Shown here piece after piece: positions 13,304 to 25,420 of a stretch of 64,000 bases of DNA. The notes beneath the pieces were generated by a model. The model ran no database searches. It saw nothing but the letters and a program-made list of their open reading frames with translations, and was not told the origin of the DNA. Source of the stretch: Adineta vaga (lineage: Eukaryota > Animalia > Rotifera); NCBI GenBank assembly GCA_021613535.1, contig CP075494.1:7378001-7442000 (forward strand), given 5' to 3'. Position numbers and translations under genes: made by a program. The first letter of the stretch is position 1. Every line of letters starts with the position of its first letter.

Positions 13304-15169
13304 AGTTGTGTGTACGTATAGAGTGATTGTTTAAGTGATGAATGCTTGGTTTTAATCCGCTTTTTATAGCATAAGACATTGTTGTGGTAACCGTTGTTTA
13401 AGGGAAAAACCAAGATGTATTGTTTTATAGAGACAAAAGTTTTACACCATGTACTTGTGTAATGTTTGTGGATGATTCGAAAATCACACGAATTGCGCCG
13501 TTAAAGCGTGACTGGAAGCAATGAAAAGTATTATTTTATGATTTAAAACGAATTCGTCGAAACTTCCCCAGCAAAATTTCGTAGAGAAAGAACTGAATTG
13601 GAAAAAAAACATCACCATAACGTACAAATCTTTTTCTTTCTAAGAAAATAAAAAAGACTTCAACTTTATTTTGTCAGTTTCATACTATGCAGACTTGAGT
13701 CAAGTTGGTAGATTCTGTTATGAATGACATTCATGATGACAAGATGCACTGGTCATTCATTGATATTTAAATCTTATTTTTCATATTAAAGAGACTTCAC
13801 CATGTTAAATTGTAATTCCATAGGTAAGAGTCGGCAAAATGTTATTATTGTGCGAATGAACTCAGTTTTGATTGCGTTATGAGTGAGAAAAGGATTCTAT
13901 ACTATTCCTTGGAATGGTACCACAGTATTATTGTTCTAACACAGTAGAAAATTATAAGATATACAGAAAAAACTAACATGTGGAAAAGAAAAATATAATT
14001 GTTTAATAAAAAATTCCGAAACCAACAACATTTGCTGCACTAGAAATATCTATTCTATCATCAACATTCGACTGTTCTAGAATCTTTTGGTGAATTCAGA
14101 AGTAAAACTTGAAACCGCCTCGACGACAACCAGTAGAAATAGATTCATAAAGAACAAAAAAAACCTTTTCCAAGACACATTCATTTATAATCGTGATCTG
14201 TAACTCACTAAAAGAGATATAGTGAGCATCATCAAGATTGTGTATCAAATCAAACTAATCGTAGCTTTAGAATAACTTAGTATGACAAGCTCACGTTGAA
14301 TCTCAGGTTTGGTCGTACAGAAACTATTGGTTCAATATTGGTTTCCAGCAAATGTGTCACTCGGAAAGTTTCTTTTCTTATTTTTCATATTTAATGAAAT
14401 GTAATGCAAAAACAGAAATTTTCATAGAAATCAGGGGACTCAGTAATGTAAATATTCTTCTGAGGACGTTTTCGATTCTCAGAAATTTCAATAGTCTGAT
14501 GGTTACAAAGAGGAAAAAACGCTGTAAGTTGAAAAACAATCTTCACTTAAATTTATGTTTTTGTTGAGTCATGACACCTGATTCAGTAAAAAGTAACAGA
14601 GTATTTATTATTTTTTGCCTTATTCTAATATTTAAATTTCTACATAGCTAATGAATAATAAGTAAATCAATAACATGAAAGAAGTTCCGAATCAATCAAT
14701 AAACTCATCAGACGCAAAACTAGAAAAAGAATATGCTTCTTTCTCCATAGATTGATATTATAATAGCTATTTGCTTGATTTATGAATATTAAAAGGTTTT
14801 CGAAAATAAATACACAAACACATGTCTATCAATAAAATAAACCAAGGTTTGCAGAAAAAAAGGGTACAATACGACCTATTTAATAAAAAGCAATCGAGTA
14901 GTTGATAAACTAATATCTCACAGAGACTTCAAAATCGTATTTGCGCACAATATATTCGACAATACAGTTCAATATGGATGTTCATTTAAAATTTGTACTT
15001 CACATTTATGACTGTGATTAATCTTTGTCCAAAGATATTAAGCAGAGAGCATTTCAAATTTGTGAAACTGATTTGAAAACTTCGTTAGTAATTAAAAATC
15101 TGCGTTATTGTATGTATAGAACTAGCGATGTTGAACAATTATAGAAGATTTAAAATCATATAATAGAAC

Positions 15170-15530
15170 TTAGATAGCAATTCCAGCAATGGTACTGCTA
15201 GAATATCCATCTCCATCTGCGACTGTTGAATCTGGTATGAATGCGATATCATTTGTCACCCTTGATACTCTAATGATATTAATTATATAAGCAGATATTT
15301 TATTAGATCTTCCATCGGTCACTGTATGCTGCAGTGTCGATTGGAACGAAGTGAGTGCTTCCAACTTAGTCACTTTGTTGCTGACTGTGGTAGGATGCGG
15401 AGCTGCATTCACTAACACTATCAAGTAAACATCTACATACAAGTGAAATGTTTGAACAATCATTCACCTTTTCTGGTCATCTCAACTCACTTAAAAGAGT
15501 GATGATAATTCATAATCGCACGAATAGAAT
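15170..15530 (-). pseudogene. Degenerate tandem paralogue of the 12773-13303 gene
   Basis: LVNAAPHPTTVSNKVTKLE matches SVNAVPTLITVSNEVTELE, VTNDIAFIPDSTV matches VTNNITYIPNSTV, and SSSTIAGIAI* matches SGGAIAGIVIG. It stops at the start of the TM helix. A homologous exon 1 and GTGAGT donor lie near 15490 with no matching ATG. Confidence 0.75.
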
Positions 15531-17689
15531 GCGTAATTTTGTCCAAATGTAGAATAATCGTAAATACCAGGAATAACTGATTTTCGTGCTCTTTTTATAA
15601 TGTGAGACATTGTTGTAGTAATCGTTGAAATTGGTGAAGAGTTTTTCGACATTTTTACAGAGAAAACATTTATGAGGTATTTCCTATGATAGAATGAATG
15701 ATCAATTGGGAATATACACAAGATCAACACTCGTAATACATTCTTTTAGAAATGCCATAAACATTGTAGAATGAGCGAGTTTCCAAGAAAGTAATATTTG
15801 TTGAGAAAATGTTGATTGAACTTTATTCATTTCTTACAACGAGAAATCAGATACTGTGGACTTTCTCTTTCTCATCGATTTAATTATTCAGTTATGATTA
15901 AATTTTGGGGAAATACCAAGAACTATGACACATATTTACACAGCAGTCAAAATTCTAAAAAAAATAACATTACTATATTAAAAACTTGTTCTCAGAATTC
16001 TGATGTGTGTGATGGATCGTTTGTAACAATCGAAATAGTGATATCTTTGTTTAAGATTAATCAAATACGAAGAGATTATCATTCTGTAGATCTAGTTAAC
16101 TATTAATAAGATTTTAATTTTAAATTTTATCGTTCCTTTAGAATATATTCAAACTTTGAACAGAGATAATAGTATTTGATAACTTTCTGTATGTCAAGAT
16201 ACGATTGCAAATTTTGATGAAGTAAGAAAGAAGAAGTCTATTGAATCATTTTTAATGCATGAGAATTCTTTCTCGGAAGAAACTTATATTCATTTGTTGA
16301 CTCTTTGTAAATGTTGGAAAAACAGTCCATAGTTAAACTAGTATTGATATTGATCAAATATAATATTACATCATATTACTTTCTCCTATGAAAAAATATA
16401 CTTTGCTATTGATTTTGTGGAATCAGACAATATGATAATAAATATAGATGTAAAAACCGTTTCATTGTATGTGAGTTTATTGTGTTAATATTACTTCAAG
16501 TAATACAAGTCATAGATATCGTTATTTGAACGGTTTAAATGTGTACAATTCATGAACTTTGCCCGGCTTATGAGTATATTGTTGTAGAATGAGCAGCACT
16601 TTTAGCTGAGTTTCCATTTGAAAATTAATTTAATAATCGTTCGCAGTGACATGAAACAATTGTCAAAACGCAAACGTTTTGTGTTCTTTTTCCTCAAGCG
16701 TTCATACTACGTCCTTTTAAATTTTCTGAAACACTGTTTCCTGAAATATTTTATATTAAAATACTATTATAAACTCTCACATAATGAGAAAAATATTAAC
16801 AACAAGTGTAAAATCTTTACTCATTTCTAATTACATCGTAAAGATTATAATAGATGTATATACTTTTATGTCTTGATTCTTTTGCTAATAAATTCCTGGG
16901 TTCTATCTTTCAATAAAAGCTTTACAGTTAGACAGTCTCTATACTCTTTGACCGTGATATTTCTTTGTTTAGTTTATCCTAATCTTGTAAATATTGATCT
17001 AAATGAAGGAACTTATACCAAACAAGGCAAATTAGTTGCAAAGCAATAGACGCGAAATAATATAGATTCAAATTACTATTTTTATATCTAGATCTTTCGA
17101 GTTTTATTCGAATTGATGTATATAATCATAGAGAGAGAGAAAGGACACAAGGTTTTTTTTTCATCTATTTTAATGAATATATTTTAAAAGAATTAAGTAG
17201 AACTGTCATAGTAAATATTCATTTCTTTTTCAATTAAATGGAATGAAATTGCACTCTTGTTTATTCAGAATATAATCATAATAATAGAAGCACTAGATAA
17301 AATATTCTGATAAGGAGACAATGACGATGATGTTCGGATTCATATCGTCTTACATCTATATGTGAAACATCTTCCTTCCTCTTTTCCGATTGAGATTTAT
17401 AAGGTCACATGATATGACTAAATGTATAATTTTGGATTAACAATTTAGACATATGATTTAACGTTCTACACCTTTATTTTTTCTTCTTCGAAATGATATG
17501 TTACATATTGAGTATACTTAACGATTCTTCTGCTTGTATTATGTTAGTTAGATTTGAAAGTCTCAATTATAAGCACATCCGTCTCTTTCGACATCTATAT
17601 AACGATATAAATACAATAGTTTTGTCCTTACAGTCTACACGTAAGAGCAAAAGAACGACTCGAAAGGCAATAGAGTCTATTATCTTTGC

Positions 17690-18700
17690 AGCACCATCGC
17701 CTTCATCACATCTGTTTCCATTCGCGCGCACGCGCGCACGCTCTTACATGTTCGGCTACTGCAACGGCAAAATTCTCTCATTCCACACACACATACACAT
17801 CTCTTTTTCTCTTCTTTCTTGTTGTGAAGATGAAACACAGAAAAAAATAGGCTCGATGTTTCTCCGTTTTTTCCTCCTTCTACTAGTAGTAAGTAAATTC
17901 TTCTACTCAAGTTAGACATTATACACTAAAAAAGCTTTCAGTTTCTTGTGCATATTAATTTTTTTCATACTAGTATTTGAAAAGAGGATTTATGTTAATA
18001 AAATTTTTGTATGACGATAGAAAATTTAATAGAGTTTTACAAAGGTTTCTCATTATGATATGCCTTTGTATATTTTTTTTGGGTAGAAAGTGTTTATATT
18101 CTTCTCTTTTTTTCTCTCTCATTCTCTTTTTCTCTATGATTCTTGGCTGTCTAATGAGCGCACATATAAATAGAGAAAGAGCAAGAGAGAGAGAAAGAAA
18201 GCAATGGCGTCGTTATCCAGATTCGTACTCGTGCGCTCGTTCGATAGCTTATTTGACATTCTCTCATTTTTCTCCTCTCGCTCTCCCTTATTCATAAGTG
18301 AATAATAGATAGAAGTAAACCGACGACGATTACAACCACTGCAGGCTTGAAATACTATATATCTCGTATGCATTGGTCGTCGTTAAAAAGGAGAGAGAAA
18401 AAAGTCGTGTATGCTTGCGCATACATACGCGATAGGCAAAAAGAATAGAAGAAAAACGCGTCCGTTTGCTTACTTGCTCGCTCGCTCTCTTATCGTATGT
18501 GTCTGTGTGTGTGTGTGTGTGTGCGCGCGCGCGATTCATTTTTTACGAACAAGCGTGCGAGCACAAATGGTCATGTACGTATCATGATGGTATGCAAGAT
18601 GTATTAAGAAGGAGAAAAGGTTGGAAGGGGAAAGAGGGAGAGCGAAAGCGAAAGCGAGAAGAGTAGAGAAAACACAAGCAAAACGATCGCGTCATTTGAA
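17690..18700. promoter_or_regulatory. CpG/GC-enriched non-coding island upstream of EPC (probable promoter or enhancer) with (GT)n(GC)n and GA-rich tracts
   Basis: CGCGCGCACGCGCGCACGC near 17723, (TG)n followed by (CG)n at about 18504-18532, ATGGCG at 18204. No credible ORF. Confidence 0.4.
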
Positions 18701-19887
18701 GTCTTCTATCTGTTGTTGTCGATGATCATCAACAATACAGTGAAAAAAGGAAACAAAGAAAAAGATTGAAAACTGTTAGCACATTATATAGAACTATTAC
18801 TATAGTAGTCTTTTTTTGATAGAGAACAGCAGGACGTCAATTAATGCTTTAATATATACCTTAACACACTTTTACTCTCTCTCTCTCTCTCGCTTTCTCC
18901 TTCTTCCTTCTCACTTTATATTTAATAGCATTCACTCTATGGCATGAAACGACATAGTAACTAAATAAATGACCAGGGGTTAAAATAAACTTTTCAAAAA
19001 ATTGACAGTACAAATCTCAATTCGATTATTTAAGAAAACGAATATAAAAGAAAAGGCGACCTTTCATGTACTGTCTATACTGTATCTTTCTATTATATAA
19101 GAAAAGAAGTATCGGCACATTGACCTTGTTAGATGTCATAAATAGACTTACGATAGCTCACACCTATAAAAGATCAACAGTCGTTGTTGTTGTTTTTATT
19201 GAATTCTTCTTCAGAAGATTGTTCATCATGTGATATTTAATATTTTGTAAAAACAACTCTCATCTCTCTCTTTCTTCTTTATTGTAATAAATATTCATGG
19301 TATGATGTATAATGGGAGAAAAAAGAGCATATACATGTTTCTTTTATTAGTATTTTATACTACGGGCTAAAATTCAACTGCAAAAAACGCTTTATTTAAT
19401 GTACTTAGATTAGATTACCTTTTAGAGACTTTTTACTTCTCGTTTTTTTCTTCACTTTTCTTGTATTTCTAAGATGTCCTTCAGCGATATAGTTTCGGTT
19501 TATTTCTCCCCTGGATAAATTGATTTTATTTCTTCTTTCTATCTATCTATGAGAAAACAAAACAACGTAACAAGCACGAAAGGGAAAAGAAAAATCTTCA
19601 TCACCACGTGAATCTTTCGTCGCCTAAATGTATACATACAGAATGAAAAAAAAGAGGAAAAAGTAATCGGGGTAGTTCATTCATTCATCGTCCAAATTCG
19701 GCCGAGCAAATTTTCGATGTACATGTTGATTTTCAGTCAGTCAGTCATCTTCTAGTAGTAGTTAATCATAGTATGTGTGTGTATGTATATATACGTAAGC
19801 GAATGCATTTCTCTTTTTTTCTATCTTTGAAATTTTGCAAAAGGAAAGAAAAAAGAAAATCTGGACGTTTTTATGTTTCTAGATTCG

Positions 19888-22800
19888 ATGAATCGACCTC
19901 TTTTTCGAGCACGAAATCTTGATCCGAGTAAACGTATCCGATTGCTCGTCGACCAACATGATGATAATAATAATGATCTTAAAAATTCATCAACACAGTC
20001 AACTTCTAGTAACAATCTTCTTGTTTCTCTTGCATCCACAACCACAGCTCAACAGTCAACCGCATCGGCTCCTCAATTGCCACAACGATGTGCACCTCAA
20101 ATGCCTTTTGTGTCAGGAATGGAACGAGAAGAAGAAGCGGTAGATACTTGTTTTATTTCTATATTCAATGATGACATATGAAAGTCAGCTGGTTTATATG
20201 ATCTCAGAACAAATATTGACTTTTCGTACTATGTGCTGATTCATTCAGAATATAATTTAAAATCAGGATCAAACGAATTCGATAGAAAATTGAGTTTGTT
20301 TGTTTTTCGTGAGAAAAGAAAAATCGTTCATCGTCATCGATACTAACAAACTAGAGCGTTTTCTTCTAGGAATATCATCTTCAAAGTGCTCTCGATGCTC
20401 AACGTCGTCTTGGTTCAGCTAAAATTCGTGCTGTTCCAATTCCAAATCTTTATCAAGATCCAAATAGTCAGTCGATATATCCAGCTAATGTTGAATTACC
20501 TAAACAACTTATTCGTCTACAACGTATAGAATTATTCTCTTCATAGATTGTTTCTATTTTGTCAATATATTCTATTGTTTTGCTAGCTTTACAACTTGAA
20601 TCTGATGAACCTGAATATGATATGGATGAAATTGACCAGACATGGTTCACGAAATCAGCACGAACGACATGTCCAGAACTAACCTTTTTGGAATACGAAA
20701 GTATTATTGATAAACTTGAGAATGCAAGTACGCGAACACTTGTTTCGTTGGATGAAGCACGAACATTGTTTGCATCAGCAATTCCATCTCTTACCAATGA
20801 TTTACATATAAAAACTGTCTATAATTTTTGGCATGAACGACGAACAATACGGGTACATTTTCCTAAGTATAAATTATCTTTAAAAGAACATCGAGATCTC
20901 CAACACATTAAAATATTTGTTAATGTGTTTGAAAATAGTGTATCATATTTTAGCGTTTGTTTTTTTGTTCTTCTTTTCTCAAACATAATTAGGACAAACG
21001 ATTGAAACCACGTTTACTCACAGAACGTGATATCAAAGAAGAAAAAGGCAAACATCATCCATATGTTGCTTTTCGACGGCGTGTAGAAAAAATGACTACA
21101 CGAAAAGTAAAAAAATCCACATCTAGAATAGAACAACTCTATTATTAATTGATATTTATCTTCTTCATAGAATCGAAAGAATGATGAGCAAGCCTATCTG
21201 TCTATGCTCAAATTAAAAGCTAATTTCGAAGCCGTCGTGTAAGTTAATTTCATTATTTAATACAAAATTTTTATGAATTTTCCTTCTCTATGAAATGAAT
21301 AGGAAGTTAACAAATATGATCAAACTACGTGAAACAACCAAAGCATCGTGGCTGGAATGTGCACTATCAATTTTCCAAGCACGGTACGCTGTCTGTCCAC
21401 CCATCGTCGGTGGCAACCGGAGAGTCTCGCTTAGGGAACTCTGTGTGTTGTCTGCCTTTTTATTCTATGCTCGTCCAGATGTGAATCGAAATCGGATGAT
21501 GAAACAACATCACCTTCATCGTTGTCGAACAATTCAGATCGATCTCATCATCATCATCATGCTCGTTCCCATTTGAAAACATCCTTATTGATGAATAGTA
21601 ATCAGAATTTGACGTCTGCTCAACATCAACAATTACTAGCACAATTGATTCGTATTGAAAATCATAAAAAGAATCATTTGTCGACATCATCATTAGCTAG
21701 TCTACTACGCCTATTCAATCACGATCATTATCCATTGATCCTAATGATTCATTACAACAGAAAATTAAACGTTTTAAAACTTCACATAAAAAGACTAATC
21801 ATGTAAGTTTATCTCAAATATTTACTGATGATTTGTATTTTGATGAATATTATTCTTTAGACCGATAAATTGACACAATTGTTGTCATCACCAACAACAT
21901 CAAATATATATCATATGGGATCACAGTCATCCTCTATCATACCACAATCACTTCTCGAACGATTGTCACCATCAAATGTTGTTTATTCACCGACACAACA
22001 ACAACAACAACAAAGTGGTCGACGTCGTCTAAAAAATTCTCTCCAAGGGACAATTAAACCAGGAAAAACTCATCGAAATCTAACGTCAACTGATTTGTGG
22101 TCCCTAGCAGAGAGTACACCAGGAGGTGCAGTCTTGCTTAAAGCTCAACTTCTTGAAGCAGCAAGAAAATGGCAACAAAAAGAAGTATGTTTAAATTCTC
22201 ATAATGAAATACATTTTCTATCGATGAGTTCTTTTAGGAGCTTGAAAATAGCACGAATCGACGTGTTCTATTGCAAGATGGTTCATCTGTATTATCGAAT
22301 ACAAATGAAAGTTTAAGTAGTAGACTGGATGGAATAGGAACGAGTATTGATGATGATGATGATGAACAAGAAGCAACAACTGATCCTTGGCAATTTCGAC
22401 CTAAACTTGGATGCAGATATCTGAAGGTAGATACTTATTTATTAATGATCTATCGAAATATTCATTTTCTTTTCTAGCCAATTGATCAGGATCAACAACA
22501 GCGTGTTTCATCTCAACGTTCCAGTTTTTCATCATATCACTCTGTCGCTTGTTCTAATGGTATTCATTATGGCAAGCGACGCGTACGAATTGGTCGGGGC
22601 GGAAGGTATGAATATTATCCTTTTTTTTTCTCGATCAGATATAATATGTATTGAATATTGAAAAAAAAAATTGTAATTTAGATTGCTCTATGATCGACGC
22701 ATTGAACAAGAAAATAATGATTCGATCGATGAAACTATACCTTCCTTATCAACAGTCAAATCACATTTTACAGACAAGTATGTTTTGATATTCAAGGTAA

Positions 22801-23525
22801 GTATGTTATGACATTTAAACTGTTTTTCTTTTTTCTTTAGATCTGTGCTATGGCAACTATCATCACAACCAGCATTAACTGAATCCTATACTTTACATTC
22901 ACATTTAAACGTTCAAAATCATACGATATCATTAGCACATCATTATCAATCGAAATCAACAACATCAAATGCGATTCATTTGAACAATTCATTCGATCAT
23001 GTAAATAATTTGAATTCATTAATAGAATCCAATACAGATGGTAAACATAAACCATCAACATCGATCGAACTTGATCATTCATATTCATGTTCATCTCGTC
23101 ATGTTAATCAAGCACTATTGACACTCGTTGAACCAGAACCACCATCACCTTCAACTTCACCACTACCACCTCTGTTATTACCTTCAACAACTGCTATATC
23201 AACACCTCAACAGATCATGCTAATATCAACACCACCTACCCCACCATCATCATCTTCATCGTTGATGATACATAATAATGATATAGAAAGTTCGCAACAA
23301 CAACAACAACAACAACCATTTTATAACAAATCATCATCCACATCATATGTTTTATCTCAGTCAACACCATATTTTCCATCACATATCGTTCCATCTACAC
23401 CACCACCTTCATCACCATCATCATCATGTGCTCTGGTTCAATTTGTTCAACTTCATCGTATACTTCCAACGACTAAAACCCATAGTTTTGCATCATCAAA
23501 ACCGGTGACTACCTCCGATTCTTGA
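19888..23525 (+). CDS. EPC1: Enhancer of polycomb homologue (NuA4/TIP60 subunit), multi-exon, with an apparent 1-nt frameshift near 21700
   Basis: FRARNLD, PQMP..SGMEREEEAEYHLQ, LPKQLIR, PEYDMDE.D..W, HPYVAFRRRVEKMTTRKNRKNDE, and the EPcB motif RRVRIGRGGRLLYDR. EPC1 versus EPC2 cannot be resolved. Confidence 0.93.
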
Positions 23526-24531
23526 TACATATATGTATACATATATCTGTCTGGTTGGTTTTTATTATTATTCTGGATTCACATATTCTTTTCTTTTCAT
23601 GTGTATGCGCGCATGCGCGTGTGTATATTTATTCTTGTGTTTTTCCCGCTCGCGAGTTTGGTTTGTTTGTTTGTTGTTTCATTTTTTTCTGCTCATCATG
23701 ATCATCTTCTTTTTTATGTACGTTCTTTTGTGTGTATGTGTGTCGATTATTTGTTCTTCATTTAAGATCGAGTAGTAGAGATGCTCGATATTATTTCGAA
23801 TAAGAAAATAGATTGATCACACATACAAAAAAAAGAAAGAAAGAAAGAAAGACCCATGAAAACTTGAAAGCGATTCATTCAAGGATCAATATTTAACGAG
23901 CGAATTTGAAAAATTTCTTCAAATGTTACTTATAATTTAAGGTTATAACCTTCAATCAGAGTTATTTTCACAAGTACGTATGTATTGAACAAGTCATTAG
24001 TGTAAGAACCATTATCGTTCTGTCCTAAGACATTGCAAATGAAAAGATCATTGAATAATGATTCGAATAAGAACTGAGATTCTTCTACTAAAATTAGTTT
24101 GTTAATAAGAGTGAAGAGAAAAAAAAACCCTTGTATATTATTAATCATGCATACTATTTCCTATTTCTTCGTTCGATTGATAACCGTAAAAAAAGCTCGT
24201 TAATTACTATTGTGAAAATATTTTTTAACATGAAAAAAATGGACTTGAAGAAGAATATACATTACTGCATATGTATCTTATCCAGCAAGGTCAAATTGAG
24301 GATATGAAAATTGATATACAATAAATCATAAACAAATAGAAAATTTAGCCTTCTTAAAAGATCTCCTGATTGAAAGAGATTTTACTTTTCATCGATAATT
24401 TCGTGCTTTTCTTTTTAATAACTATAATGTATGTATATATGGCAAAACATTTTAAATAAAGAGAAGAAATAATATCGTATGTATAATATGTACGTAAAAA
24501 AAGGAGAAAAAAAAACGAAACGAAAAAATCT

Positions 24532-24996
24532 TTATGAGATATAAGTAAAATCTTCAATGGATGTATTGTCCGATTCTTGTGCTTGACCAAATTGAAATAA
24601 TTTGTGTTTCGATGGATTTCGATGAATATTATCATGTGAATATCTCACAAATTGTTCGTATTGTTCATTACGTTTATTAGCTAATAATTGTTCATACTGT
24701 TCACGTATGGATTTATCTTGTTCACGTAAAAGACGAGCACACATTTGAGCAGTTTGAATGTAAGTAAACATTGGTTTATCATCGGCCGTTGTTGATGATG
24801 ATGATTTGATTGCTTGTTTGTTCGTAGGTGAGGATGTAAATATAGATGATTGCTTCGAAGGTGATGATGGAGTGTTGTTTAATGTAAATGGCGTTGTTGT
24901 TGTTGTTGGTAATTTCAACTCGGCTCGTTTACGTTTAACACCCTGTTCAACAGGATCAAATTCGAGAGAACGTTTGAGTGATGCAACTGCCAACAT
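24532..24996 (-). CDS. AKIRIN: Akirin, single exon
   Basis: ASLKRSLEFDP..KRKR N-terminus; KPMFT..Q...MCARLLREQDKSIREQYEQLL..K.NEQYEQFVRYSHD.I; C-terminal TYIS corresponding to SYVS. Confidence 0.92.
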   Translation of the reverse strand: MLAVASLKRSLEFDPVEQGVKRKRAELKLPTTTTTPFTLNNTPSSPSKQSSIFTSSPTNKQAIKSSSSTTADDKPMFTYIQTAQMCARLLREQDKSIREQYEQLLANKRNEQYEQFVRYSHDNIHRNPSKHKLFQFGQAQESDNTSIEDFTYIS

Positions 24997-25420
24997 GGTA
25001 GAGGTTCAATTGAAAAACAATATTGAAAATACTATAATGAAAAATAATATGATATATACGACTAACTCTTATTTCGAACGAGCGAACGGGGGTTATATAT
25101 ATACAAAACAGAGTCATGTCTTTGTCTCATGTTCATCAACCAATCAGAATGTAAAGTGGTTTCGAGAAAGAGATTACACATGACATAATAATTTTGAAAA
25201 AATTCTAATTTTATCATTTAGACAAGAAAGATTGAGAAGTTTTGGAAGAGTTGTTTCAAATTGCTCAAATAATAGATGGCAGCTTTTAGTTATCGAATTT
25301 TGATTGGTTATGACACATGTATATCTAATTTTATTGGAATTCTCTCATCTTCCAACTTACTTAATTACGAAAAGTAAAAATCCCAACTAATTTTGCTCTA
25401 TTATTTTAGATCTGTATCAG
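24997..25420. promoter_or_regulatory. Compact bidirectional promoter between Akirin and UTP25
   Basis: Head-to-head starts about 425 nt apart. TATA-like run near 25093-25102, CCAATCAG at 25141 and an inverted CCAAT (TGATTGG) at 25301. Confidence 0.55.

Noticed and set aside
15816-18666. ORFs on both strands in the gap upstream of EPC
   Set aside because: They translate microsatellites and low-complexity DNA, with no recognisable domains.
23608-23619. Palindrome CGCGCATGCGCG (NRF1-like)
   Set aside because: A single short site in the EPC 3'UTR within TG/CG simple sequence, with no further support.
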